In this document: positions 52,878 to 62,459 of the stretch, in pieces | Layout: every line of letters starts with the position of its first letter | How positions within the stretch are numbered: the first letter of the stretch is position 1 | NCBI GenBank assembly: GCA_938007935.1 | Contig: CALLMD010000013.1 | Span: forward strand, 20,912 to 84,911 | Direction of reading: 5' to 3' | DNA from: an uncultured Hellea sp. | Lineage (GTDB): Bacteria; Pseudomonadota; Alphaproteobacteria; Caulobacterales; Maricaulaceae | Length of the DNA: 64,000 bases | Notes under the pieces: model-generated | Seen by the model: only the letters and a program-made list of their open reading frames with translations | Database searches by the model: none | Told to the model about the DNA's origin: nothing | Translations under genes and position numbers: made by a program

Positions 52878-54833
52878 TTGATGAAAACAGCACTTAATAG
52901 CCTAAAGGCCTGCCTGATATTTAGCACAAGCCTTGTCGCGCTTGGAATTGCGTCTTGTACCCCATCTGAAAAAATGACGGATAAGGTGAGCGATACGGCA
53001 AAAGAAATGGTCGATAACGCCCTCACAGACGGGACTAAAACGGCAGGATATGACGCCAATAAAAACGTATATTTCGGGGACCTTCATATCCATACGAAAA
53101 ATAGTTTTGATGCTTATATCTTTAATGTGCGTAGCACGCCTGATGATGTCTATCGTTTTGCCAAGGGCGAGAGCGTACGTCACCCCTCGGGCTTTGATAT
53201 TAAAATCGGCGGTGACCCACTTGATTTTGTCGCCGCGACCGATCACGGGGCCTATATGGGTATCCTGCCCCAGCTCAATAATCCCGATAGCCCCCTCTCC
53301 AAGCTCGAAATTGCGCAAGGCATGTTTGGGACAGATCCTGCCGCTATTACAGCTGCCTTTGGTAAAATTGGCGGCTCTGTGCGTAGCGGCGTGCCTTATG
53401 AAGAAATCTATGATCGCGAAATAATTGACAGCACATGGCAAAACGCGGTTGCGACCGCCGACAAACATTATACGCCGGGCAAGCTGACGACCTTTGCGGC
53501 CTATGAATATACAGCGGTCTCCACGCAGGGGCGCGGCGATAATAGCTTTATTGGCGGTAACCTGCATAGGAACGTTGTCTTCAAAGACGCCGCGCCGAAG
53601 CGTTTATTCTCCACGCTGGACTCAATCAATCCAGAAGATCTTTGGACATGGATGGATGGTCAGCGCGCCGAAGGGCGTGAGGTCATGGCCATCCCGCATA
53701 ACTCCAATGTGTCTGACGGTGAAATGTTCGCTGCGAAAAAATATTACGGAGAGGAGTTTGACACAGCCTATACCGCGCAGCGTATCAAGAACGAACCTAT
53801 TGTTGAGATGACCCAAGTTAAAGGCACATCGGAAACACATCCAGCGCTAAGCCCAAATGATGAGTGGGCTAATTTTGAGATCTATGAGCTGCTGCTCAGC
53901 TCAGAAGTCGTCTCTAAAATCAAAGGCAGCTATATCCGTGAAGCCCTTGCCAATGGTCTGGCCTTTGAAAAAACAACAGGCACAAACCCTTACAAATTTG
54001 GTCTTATCGGCGCGTCTGACTCCCATGTTGTGGGTGGGGCTTTTGATGAAAAAGATTACTGGTCCAAGGTCGGTATTCTCGACGGCACCGCAGAAGGCCG
54101 CGGTTCTGTCCCGCCAGGCGGGGCGAAAAGCTGGGAAGGCGTCAAGCGCGACCCCAATGCAGAAAACTGGTTTAGCAAATGGGGGGCCTCTGGTCTTGCC
54201 GCTGTCTGGGCTGAAGAAAACACGCGCGAAGCCATTTATGACGGCATGGCGCGCAAAGAAACCTATGCCACATCTGGCCCGCGCATGAAGGTGCGCATGT
54301 TTGGCGGATATAATTATGACGCCAGCCTTCTAGATGACACCGATATGGTCGCCAAAGCCTATGCGGGCGGCGTACCGATGGGCGGCGACTTGGCTGCATC
54401 TGACACCGCGCCAAGCTTCCTCGTTTGGGCGATGCGCGATCCGCGTAATGCGCCCTTGCAGCGCTTGCAAATGGTCAAAGTCTGGCATGATGGTACCTCC
54501 GCCAAAGAAATGCTTTATGACATCGCCTGTTCTGATGGCGGCGCTGTTGACCCAAGCACCCATCGCTGTCCCGATAATGGCGCAAGCGTTGATCTGAGCG
54601 ATTGCTCTATCTCGGCGGATAAAGGCGCGCCTGAGCTTAAAACCCTGTGGCAAGATCCAGATTTTGATCCCAAAATGGCGGCTAGCTATTATGTGCGCGT
54701 TTTAGAGAACCCCACATGCCGCTGGAGCACATGGGACGCGTTAAAAGCAGGTGTTGAGCGCCATCCTGATTTGCAGCCCACATTGCAAGAACGGGCCTAC
54801 ACCTCTCCTATCTGGTATAATCCCAGCAACTAA
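52878..54833 (+). CDS. DUF3604 family lipoprotein (PHP-like metal hydrolase)
   Basis: Lipobox IASC, GDLHIHT..SFDA, ATDH, NLHRNV, IPHNSN, SDSH, YYVRVLENPTCRWS. Confidence 0.88.
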   Translation: MMKTALNSLKACLIFSTSLVALGIASCTPSEKMTDKVSDTAKEMVDNALTDGTKTAGYDANKNVYFGDLHIHTKNSFDAYIFNVRSTPDDVYRFAKGESVRHPSGFDIKIGGDPLDFVAATDHGAYMGILPQLNNPDSPLSKLEIAQGMFGTDPAAITAAFGKIGGSVRSGVPYEEIYDREIIDSTWQNAVATADKHYTPGKLTTFAAYEYTAVSTQGRGDNSFIGGNLHRNVVFKDAAPKRLFSTLDSINPEDLWTWMDGQRAEGREVMAIPHNSNVSDGEMFAAKKYYGEEFDTAYTAQRIKNEPIVEMTQVKGTSETHPALSPNDEWANFEIYELLLSSEVVSKIKGSYIREALANGLAFEKTTGTNPYKFGLIGASDSHVVGGAFDEKDYWSKVGILDGTAEGRGSVPPGGAKSWEGVKRDPNAENWFSKWGASGLAAVWAEENTREAIYDGMARKETYATSGPRMKVRMFGGYNYDASLLDDTDMVAKAYAGGVPMGGDLAASDTAPSFLVWAMRDPRNAPLQRLQMVKVWHDGTSAKEMLYDIACSDGGAVDPSTHRCPDNGASVDLSDCSISADKGAPELKTLWQDPDFDPKMAASYYVRVLENPTCRWSTWDALKAGVERHPDLQPTLQERAYTSPIWYNPSN

Positions 54834-54844
54834 CTAGGCGAATA

Positions 54845-55714
54845 ATGAAACATCTTTTTCGTGAACCTCTCGTTCATTTTATAATTCTCGGTGGTCTGCT
54901 CTTCGCAGGCCATTCTCTTTGGCAGCGCCATGTCTCAAAGGCGGATTACACAATCACGGTCAGCCCCGATGAGATGGAGCGCCAAGCGACAATATTTGCG
55001 GGCGAGAACCGCCGCCAGCCGACAGATGAAGACCTGCAAGCCCTGCTCTTTGCCTATGTCGAGGAACAGGCCTTGATGCGCGAGGCGAGCCGTATGGGCC
55101 TTGGTGATGATGATACGATTATCCGCCGTCGCCTCGCCCAGAAAATGCGCTTCATGATCGAAGATGTTGACCCGCCCAAACAGCCCGATGAGGCCACGCT
55201 AGAGACGTGGTTTAACGCCAATGTCAATAAATTCGTCAAACCCGAAACGCGCAGTTTCTCTCACATCTATTTTAGTCCCGAAAAGCACGGTAAAAACTTA
55301 AATGTAAATCTTGAAAAGGTCAGAGGCATTGTCGATGAGGCTGATTGGGAAAGCCTTGGCGACCCCTTCATGCTCAAGCGCGAATTCACCCGCCTGTCGA
55401 CAATTGATGTCAGCCGCCTCTTTGGCGCAGACTTCGCGGCGGGCGTGTTCAACGCCGAAACCACGGGCTGGCAAGGCCCAATTGACTCGGCCTTTGGACG
55501 GCATTTGGTCCGCATAGATGCCACCACGCCCAAAATCGTGCCTAAGCTCGAAGATGTGCGCGCCGCCGTTATTCGCGAATGGCAAGATGAAAGCCAGCGC
55601 GCGGCCAATACACAGCGCCTGAAAGATTTAATCCAGAAATATAAAGTTGTCGTCGAAGACGTCGAGACGCAAGACGACGAAGCGCAAGAGAGCAAAGTGA
55701 AAGACGCCGAATAA
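54845..55714 (+). CDS. PpiC/parvulin-type peptidyl-prolyl isomerase-like protein
   Basis: REPLVHF..LG, DDTIIRRRLAQKM, SFSHIYF, WQGPIDSAFGRHLV. Confidence 0.85.
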   Translation: MKHLFREPLVHFIILGGLLFAGHSLWQRHVSKADYTITVSPDEMERQATIFAGENRRQPTDEDLQALLFAYVEEQALMREASRMGLGDDDTIIRRRLAQKMRFMIEDVDPPKQPDEATLETWFNANVNKFVKPETRSFSHIYFSPEKHGKNLNVNLEKVRGIVDEADWESLGDPFMLKREFTRLSTIDVSRLFGADFAAGVFNAETTGWQGPIDSAFGRHLVRIDATTPKIVPKLEDVRAAVIREWQDESQRAANTQRLKDLIQKYKVVVEDVETQDDEAQESKVKDAE

Positions 55715-56685
55715 TGCGCCTTCTCCTCGCCTCGATATTGCTGTGGTGCCTGGCGTCTCTGACCGCCTTTGCTCATGAAGTGCGCCCTGCTTTCCTCAGC
55801 CTAACCGAAACCGCCCCCGGGCAGTTTAACATGGTCTGGAAACAGCCCGTGCTGGAAGGCAAGCGCCTTAAAATCACGCCGACATTTGATGAGGCCTGCA
55901 CGGTGGGGCATAGCACGCTCACGCGCCAAGGCGGCACAGTAATAGAGCAGCGCGGCGTCTTTTGCTCCCTGACCGAGGGCGTGATAAGCCTACCCGGATT
56001 AGAGCGCACGCTGACCGATGTGTTCGCGCAAATTACCTATCTGTCGGGCGAAAGCCGCTCCGCCCTGATTAAACCCGAAGCCCCGCGCTTTGAACTGGGC
56101 GAAAAAACAGGCAGCGCGGCGGGGCAATATTTATGGATTGGCGTTGAACATATTATTTATGGCTGGGATCATTTGCTCTTTGTCTTGGGCCTGATTTTAC
56201 TGGTCACGCGGCGGCAAATTATCGGCGTGGCCACCGCCTTCACCCTCGCCCATTCCATTACGCTGGGTCTAGCCGCCTTTGGATGGCTGACCATTCCTAT
56301 TCGCCCCGTCGAAATCTTGATAGCTGCCAGTATTGTCTTGCTGGGGGTTGAGATTATGCGCAAACAACGCGGCCAGAGGAGCCTTGCGACGCAGCGCCCT
56401 TATCTGATTAGCTTTCTCATCGGCCTTATCCATGGCTGCGGCTTTGCCAGCGCGCTCTCGGAAATCGGCCTGCCCAAAGGCACAGAACTTCTTGCGCTTC
56501 TGCTATTTAATCTTGGTGTAGAGCTCGGCCAATTCGCGATTATCGCTATCGGCATTATCATCCTCGCCCTTATCGCCAGAGCGAGTAAGGACCTACTGAG
56601 GACATCAGAAACGCTCTTGGCCTATGGCCTCTCAACCATCGCCATGTTCTGGGTCATTCAGCGCATGAGTGAGTATTGGGTTTAG
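55714..56685 (+). CDS. HupE/UreJ family membrane protein
   Basis: AHEVRP, GVEHI..GWDHLLF, TAFTLAHSITL, GLIHGCGFA, FNLGVELGQ. Confidence 0.88.
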   Translation: MRLLLASILLWCLASLTAFAHEVRPAFLSLTETAPGQFNMVWKQPVLEGKRLKITPTFDEACTVGHSTLTRQGGTVIEQRGVFCSLTEGVISLPGLERTLTDVFAQITYLSGESRSALIKPEAPRFELGEKTGSAAGQYLWIGVEHIIYGWDHLLFVLGLILLVTRRQIIGVATAFTLAHSITLGLAAFGWLTIPIRPVEILIAASIVLLGVEIMRKQRGQRSLATQRPYLISFLIGLIHGCGFASALSEIGLPKGTELLALLLFNLGVELGQFAIIAIGIIILALIARASKDLLRTSETLLAYGLSTIAMFWVIQRMSEYWV

Positions 56686-56720
56686 AAGGATTAGTAAAAA
56701 TGGCGACATGAGCATATTTC

Positions 56721-57047
56721 GTGTATGCTTTTAAAATGACACAACGTCCAAAAATACGCTTATCCCGCTTAAGGGATATTGGTTGGTCAACTTGGGACCC
56801 GATTGGGTTATTAGAAAGCAACCAAACTTGGGAAGAAACTCCCTATGCAGATGAATATGATAGCTACATGTTAAAAGCAGCTGGTATGCTTAAACGCGAA
56901 GTACCTAAAAAGACTGTTGTTGACTACCTTGTAAACATTGAGACCGATCACATGGGTTTATCTTTTAGTGATGACACGGTGAAGCGTGCCGAAGAAGTCG
57001 TTAGGAGAATTGAAGCTGATAACCAATTATGGAATTACGAGAGTTGA
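56721..57047 (+). CDS. Small acidic hypothetical protein (WDPIG...DEYDSY motif)
   Basis: AT-rich 108-aa ORF with protein-like composition; start uncertain. Confidence 0.6.
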   Translation: MYAFKMTQRPKIRLSRLRDIGWSTWDPIGLLESNQTWEETPYADEYDSYMLKAAGMLKREVPKKTVVDYLVNIETDHMGLSFSDDTVKRAEEVVRRIEADNQLWNYES

Positions 57048-57083
57048 TATCCCATAACTTGATGAGTTTCATGACTCACGCTT

Positions 57084-58265
57084 CTACCCCAAACTCTGAG
57101 CCAATTTATCTGCCTCGGCGGCGGCGCAGAAGAGATGATAAAAGGTACTGGTCGGCATGACCTTGGAAATGATGTGGCCGTCGGGGTCGAGTTGATCAGC
57201 CCAGCCGCCTTTGACGGGCACATCCAGATAATATGTCATCAGCGCTCTAATCGCTTTGGTCGCATCCTCAAAATACTTAGTCTGCCCCGCAGCCGCTTGC
57301 GCGACTGAGGCTTTGATAAGTTCTGTTTGCGGCCAACTGCGCAGGGTCGGTTTTGACGGGCGACCATCTAGCTCCACCGCGTCACATAAAAGTCCGAGTT
57401 TCGGGTTCAGGCCGTAATCCATCCCGCCCTCAAAAAGCGCATTGGCATATGCGTCCATATTCTTGCCAGAGAGACGCTCATAGACCCGTAAGAGCCAGCA
57501 CCATTCCATCATATGCCCGGGTTCCGTTGGCCCGCCATCACCATTTTCGGGCGACCAATCAGGATTAAAAAACTCAAGCAAAGCTTTGCGCTCTGCGTCA
57601 AAGAAATAGGCTTCAAAAAGCACGAACATTTCATCCGCGCGGGCCAGATATGTCGCCTGCCCTGTCAGCTCATAAAGCGCCAGAAAGGATTCAAATAAAT
57701 GCATATGCGGATTTTGGCGGCGCTGTTTTGAAACAGGCGCGGGCAGAGCTTCATACCAACCGCCATTATCCGCCTTCACATGGCTATCAAGATATTTGAG
57801 CGTATCTTCCGCCACCTTTAAGGCCGCTTGATCGTCAAAGGCCTTATAACGCCACGCCCCCGCCAGCAGGACAAAGGCTTGGGCATAAGTATCGCGCATA
57901 TCATCATGCATAGCGCCTGTGCCTGTCACCAAATGGGCGCAGCCTTTTGGCCCATTTCCAATAAAATCACCGCCCGCAAATCCCGGCCCCGTTAAAAATC
58001 TCCAGACATGATCACAGGTGTCTTGACCGTCATACCATCCAAGGTCAGCGGCATGGGCATAGACATAAACAAAGCGCGCCTGCACCCGCACACGCCGCAA
58101 ATGATCCGCATCAGGCGAACCGTCCATAAAGAGATGCTCATAAGCCCCGCCGCGCGGGTCACAGCCATGTTCGGCCCAATAGGCCAAAGCCGTCTTACAC
58201 CACGCGGTAAAATCTGCACTCGCCGAAAGAAATTCTGTTTCAAAAGACATAGGGCCTTTAAGCAT
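57084..58265 (-). CDS. AGE family epimerase/isomerase (mannose-6-phosphate isomerase-like)
   Basis: RVRVQARF.Y, RRQNPHMHLFE, EPGHMMEW, RSWPQTE, STFYHL. Confidence 0.9.
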   Translation of the reverse strand: MLKGPMSFETEFLSASADFTAWCKTALAYWAEHGCDPRGGAYEHLFMDGSPDADHLRRVRVQARFVYVYAHAADLGWYDGQDTCDHVWRFLTGPGFAGGDFIGNGPKGCAHLVTGTGAMHDDMRDTYAQAFVLLAGAWRYKAFDDQAALKVAEDTLKYLDSHVKADNGGWYEALPAPVSKQRRQNPHMHLFESFLALYELTGQATYLARADEMFVLFEAYFFDAERKALLEFFNPDWSPENGDGGPTEPGHMMEWCWLLRVYERLSGKNMDAYANALFEGGMDYGLNPKLGLLCDAVELDGRPSKPTLRSWPQTELIKASVAQAAAGQTKYFEDATKAIRALMTYYLDVPVKGGWADQLDPDGHIISKVMPTSTFYHLFCAAAEADKLAQSLG

Positions 58266-58327
58266 AAAACGATAAATATAAACCTAAAGCCCTTTAGCAA
58301 AATTATAAGCAAACGTACCACCTATCC

Positions 58328-58599
58328 CTCATTACCGCACTTGATGCGGTAATCGATAAGAATTGCTGTCCTCGTCACTGTCATACCGACGCGGCTCGTG
58401 AGAGACGCCCGGTATCCATATCTCAGGCTTTATAATAAGTGTTGGCTTTCAAGGTATGGGCACCGGGTAAGTCTGCGACTTACAGCGGTGTGACTAAAAT
58501 ACGGTGTGACTAAAATATTGTCATCCCGGCCTCGCGCCGGGACCTAACGACAAATACCGTGTTTATGGATGGGTCCCGGCTCATGGCCGGGATGACAAT
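58328..58599. repeat. Cluster of GTCAT-type REP/REPIN-like palindromic elements
   Basis: ATTACCGCA/TGCGGTAAT (58331-58353); GTCATACCG...CGGTGTGAC doublet (58380-58494); ATTGTCATCCCGGCC/GGCCGGGATGACAAT 15-bp inverted repeat (58517-58599). Confidence 0.75.
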
Positions 58600-58743
58600 T
58601 AAAAAAATGAACTCTGTTGCGTTTGCTTCGCAAGCCACAACTAATCCTCATAAATTTCAAATTATTTCTATGCCAATTCAATCACTTATCAAAAAAACAA
58701 AGAGATTAATCCACGCTATCAAAAGCGGGTCTATATTTTGTTC

Positions 58744-59108
58744 ATTGTCGGGAAACCATCCCCGATAATATTAAGTTTCGATTGTGTGGACAGACTAACG
58801 CGTAGGTTTGTTATCAATTGGACGGTGAGACTGAGCGATTGGGGGTTACGACCCAATAAGTGCCGGGTCATTGTAACGTGGAAGCCAGACCGGCTGGGTC
58901 AGGTGGCGACAGCCATCGTACCGCTCAGACTTCGGGATTACCTAGTGCCGTTATTCTAAAATCATCGCCGCAGGGTCAGTGCCTTGTAAAACATTAAAAA
59001 ATCTTTGGTATCCATCAGGGTACCTGACTCTGCGGACTGTCCTATTTGAATTTTTCCAAATGAAAAAATCAACCAAGGCGTTCTTTTAGCGGATTTTTTT
59101 AAAATCCG
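58744..59108 (+). ncRNA. Candidate structured non-coding RNA of unknown family
   Basis: Many nested helices rich in G-U pairs, which favours the + strand; TATATT at 58732 as a possible -10; no convincing ORF. Confidence 0.4.
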
Positions 59109-59183
59109 AGTCTGTTTGCAGCACAGAACCGTCTATGCTGCGTTAAAGGTCATCCCCTGATCAGCTTAGAGCGTAACTATTAT

Positions 59184-59960
59184 ATGACACTTAAATCCGA
59201 TACATCCCGTCAATTCCTAAATCTCTTGGCCGCGCCGCTCATGTGGGTCCTCTCTACCCTGCCCCAGATCATAGATGTAGGCCGCACCGCCAAAGAGTTT
59301 TCTGATATCAATGATAGCTTGCTCGTTCCCTTTGGCGCCGCCTTTGCGATATGGTTTCCTATCTTTGTTGGCTGTTTGGGTTACGCCTATATCCAAGCCA
59401 AAGCGGTCAATAAAACGCGGGCGGTTTTTCGAGAGTGCGGGTGGTGGACGGGCATAGGCTTTTCCGCTGTGTGCGGCTGGGCGTTAATATCCACCTTTGC
59501 GCCGCCCGGTTTATTGCTTTGGGGGACCGCTTTGATATTTATTCCGGCGGTTTATTGTCTCGTCAAAGCCATGTTAATTTTAACGGCGCGAAAAGATGAG
59601 CTGAGCCGCGCCGAGAGATTTTGGGCCTTAGGCCCGATAAGCCTAATTGCGGGCTGGACCTCTATCGCGATATTTTTAAATTGGACACCGATTATTGCGG
59701 GAAGTTTTGGTAGCTCTGTGCCCATTATTATGCCCAATATTATAGGCCTCATTGCGGCCTTGATATTTGCGGTTATCATCATACCTAAGAGCGGCGGAAA
59801 CCTAGCCTATGCTTTCCCGATTTTATGGGGCCTTGCATGGCTCGCTTATGAGCAACTTATCAATACGGCAGAGGCGCCCATGATTGGATATGGGGCCATT
59901 ATTGGCTTCGTCCTTTTAGGCGTGGCCGTTATACTTTCGCGAAAGGGTGCAAAGGCTTAG
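59184..59960 (+). CDS. TspO/MBR-related multi-pass membrane protein
   Basis: EFSD.NDSLLVP.GAAFAIW..IF motif, about 8 TM segments, Trp-rich. Confidence 0.65.
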   Translation: MTLKSDTSRQFLNLLAAPLMWVLSTLPQIIDVGRTAKEFSDINDSLLVPFGAAFAIWFPIFVGCLGYAYIQAKAVNKTRAVFRECGWWTGIGFSAVCGWALISTFAPPGLLLWGTALIFIPAVYCLVKAMLILTARKDELSRAERFWALGPISLIAGWTSIAIFLNWTPIIAGSFGSSVPIIMPNIIGLIAALIFAVIIIPKSGGNLAYAFPILWGLAWLAYEQLINTAEAPMIGYGAIIGFVLLGVAVILSRKGAKA

Positions 59961-61681
59961 CTCTCGCCGCCGCCAAATCTCTGGCTCCACTCGGCGATAT
60001 CTGTGTCTTCTATCTTTGTGAAGAGAACCTCTGGCGCAGAAATTTCTAGGCCAATCGGGAGCGCGTCAACTAAACTGGCTATGCCGTCTGCGTCGCCAAA
60101 ATTCCATGTGCGGTTCAACTCTGGGATATTCATCGCACCAAGTATTTTCTCGGCCGCATCAGGGATAATAGGCTGGGCCAGAATGCCGAAAAGCGTCACG
60201 AGATTAAGGCCGTAGCGCACGCCAATCGCGGCTTGGTCAACATCGGTTTTATAATGCGTCCATGGCGCGGCTTGGGTCAGATATTCATTTCCCGCCGCCC
60301 AAATGGCGCGGGTCTCAGCCATAGCTTTGCGAAATTCGCGCGCTTCGTAAAAGCTTATGAGCTGTGGGATGCGGGTTTGAAGCTCAGTGATAAGCCACGC
60401 TTCGGCCTCGCCCGCCTGCCCGCCATCCGGGACTTTGCCGTCAAATTTACCAACGCAATATTTCGTAATGCGGTTGACGAAATTGCCCAGCACATTGGCC
60501 AAATCAGAATTGACGCTAGCTTGGAACTCTTCCCATGTGAAGGCCGCGTCATTGCCCTCTGGCGCATTGGCAATTAAGTGCCAGCGCCAATAATCAGAGG
60601 GGGCAATATCCAGCGCTTGGTCCATAAAGACGCCGCGCTTTTCAGAGGTCGAGAACTTGCCGCCATACCAGGTCACCCAGTTAAAGGCCTTGATTTGGTC
60701 AACTAATTTCCAAGGTTCTCCTGACCCAATAATTGTGGTCGGGAAAGACAGGGCATGAAAAGCGACATTATCCTTACCCATGAACTGCACATATTGAACA
60801 TCGTCCGCCCCTTTATCAGTGCGCCACCAGCTCTCCCAGTCCCCTCCTGTTTCAGAGGCCCAATCCTGCGTCGCGGCGATATATTCAATGGGGGCATCAA
60901 ACCAGACATAGAAGACTTTACCGTCAAAGCCATCGCGCGGACTTCCGTCTTTATTCGTAACGGGGATGCCCCATTTCAAATCCCGCGTAATCGCGCGGTC
61001 CCGCAGGCCTTCATCAAGCCATTTCAGCGCGATAGAAGTCGCAAGAGGCGGCCAGCCTTGTGCTGCGTTCACCCATTTGCGTAGATCATCAGCCATCGCG
61101 GATTGTTTAAGGTAAAGATGGTTGGTATCGCGTACCTCAACATCTTTGCTGCCAGAAACCGCCGAATAAGGATAGATAAGATCAATCGGGTCCAAAAGCT
61201 TTCCGCAATTATCGCATTGATCGCCGCGTGCTTTCTCAAAGTCACAATTGGGGCATGTCCCCTCAACATAACGATCCGGGAGAAACCGCCCATCGGCTTT
61301 AGAGTAAACTTGCTGCGAGACGCGTTCTTCGATCAAACCATTTTCTTCGAGGATATGGGCAAAATGCTGCGTGAGCGCATGATTGCTGGGCGCGGAGGAA
61401 CGGCCAAAATAATCAAAGGTGAGCTTGAACTGCGCGCCCGCTTGCTTTTGCGCGTCATGCATTTGAGCGCAATATTTCGCGACGTCCATATCCACCGCCT
61501 GCGCCGCGAGCTCTGCGGGCGTGCCGTGCTCATCCGTTGCGCAGATATAAAGGACCTCATGCCCCATCAAGCGCATAGCCCGCGCATAGACATCAGCCGG
61601 CAACATAGAGCCCGCAAGGTTGCCCAGATGTTTAACGCCGTTAATATAAGGCAGAGCAGAGGTAATTAGAATTTTTGACAT
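59957..61681 (-). CDS. metG: Methionine--tRNA ligase
   Basis: [27 protein letters not shown] knuckle, [13 protein letters not shown]. Confidence 0.98.
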   Translation of the reverse strand: MSKILITSALPYINGVKHLGNLAGSMLPADVYARAMRLMGHEVLYICATDEHGTPAELAAQAVDMDVAKYCAQMHDAQKQAGAQFKLTFDYFGRSSAPSNHALTQHFAHILEENGLIEERVSQQVYSKADGRFLPDRYVEGTCPNCDFEKARGDQCDNCGKLLDPIDLIYPYSAVSGSKDVEVRDTNHLYLKQSAMADDLRKWVNAAQGWPPLATSIALKWLDEGLRDRAITRDLKWGIPVTNKDGSPRDGFDGKVFYVWFDAPIEYIAATQDWASETGGDWESWWRTDKGADDVQYVQFMGKDNVAFHALSFPTTIIGSGEPWKLVDQIKAFNWVTWYGGKFSTSEKRGVFMDQALDIAPSDYWRWHLIANAPEGNDAAFTWEEFQASVNSDLANVLGNFVNRITKYCVGKFDGKVPDGGQAGEAEAWLITELQTRIPQLISFYEAREFRKAMAETRAIWAAGNEYLTQAAPWTHYKTDVDQAAIGVRYGLNLVTLFGILAQPIIPDAAEKILGAMNIPELNRTWNFGDADGIASLVDALPIGLEISAPEVLFTKIEDTDIAEWSQRFGGGES

Positions 61682-61817
61682 GAGCGCGTTCTAGCGCGCA
61701 TGCCGCGTTGTGCAAGTCCAGATTTTCTAGGCAGTTCGCAGCTTAGTTGCCCAAAAAGCAAAAATATGCTAAAAAATCTTAAGAGCCAAAACGGCCAAAT
61801 ATACAGGGGAGAAGGTT

Positions 61818-62246
61818 ATGCCTAAAATTTTCGGAAGTTCACTACTCGCTATCGTCTTAGCGACAATCTTATTTTACATGGTCGGATTTGTGATTTACGG
61901 CCTATTATTTAGCGAGCAGTGGTTAACTTATGCTGGTCTAACAGCAGAGCAAGCCACGGCGCGCAGCGATGCCCTCGGTCCTATGATGTTTGTTTGGGGT
62001 CTTCTCCTGACACTCGCGCAAGTTTTAGGTATCGCCCTCTTTCTTAAAAAAGCGAATGTGCGCTCCGCTGGAAAAGGGCTTATAAAAGGGGCGATACTTG
62101 CAACATTATTTGCCCTGCCTGTCATGGCTTATAATTGGCTTTATCAAGGCTCATCCGGGAATTTGCTTGGGCTTGATTATGCACATCTGCTCATAGGCTA
62201 TAGCTTAGCCGGGGCCGCACTTGGGTTCTTTCGCGCAAAAGATTAG
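61818..62246 (+). CDS. DUF1761-like membrane protein
   Basis: Four TM segments, GFVIYGLLFSEQW...G pattern. Confidence 0.7.
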   Translation: MPKIFGSSLLAIVLATILFYMVGFVIYGLLFSEQWLTYAGLTAEQATARSDALGPMMFVWGLLLTLAQVLGIALFLKKANVRSAGKGLIKGAILATLFALPVMAYNWLYQGSSGNLLGLDYAHLLIGYSLAGAALGFFRAKD

Positions 62247-62383
62247 ATCGAAGCTCACAGGTTTCGTTAGACAGCTATCTAGGGCGAAGACGCCACTGTA
62301 ACTTTTTTAAAATTCTGGCAAGTTCACGCTTGCCAGAACCGTTTCGCAAGGCTAAACCCCGCTCGCTGAAAAGCATTACCAGT

Positions 62384-62459
62384 GCCCCTATAGCTCAGCT
62401 GGTAGAGCACCTGATTTGTAATCAGGGGGTCCGCGGTTCAAGTCCGTGTGGGGGCACCA
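62384..62459 (+). tRNA. tRNA-Thr(UGU)
   Basis: GCCCCTA/TGGGGGC acceptor stem, TAGCTCAGCTGGTAGAGC, CCTGA-tttgtaa-TCAGG, GGTTCAAGTCC, CCA. Confidence 0.97.

Noticed and set aside
58559-58959. ORFs 58559-58768 and 58738-58959 as real peptides
   Set aside because: They run through palindromic repeats and RNA-like helices, with no RBS or protein-like features.
58965-59094. 6S RNA interpretation of the closing-stem/bubble fold
   Set aside because: It is short (about 130 nt), a stronger competing helix exists, and the usual zapA/ygfA context is absent; kept only as an unknown structure.
58741-59160. tmRNA, RNase P, SRP, group I/II intron, or cobalamin/TPP/SAM riboswitch
   Set aside because: Only isolated short resemblances (e.g. 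GAAGCCAGACC, GGGTCAGG); the diagnostic motifs are absent or out of order on both strands.
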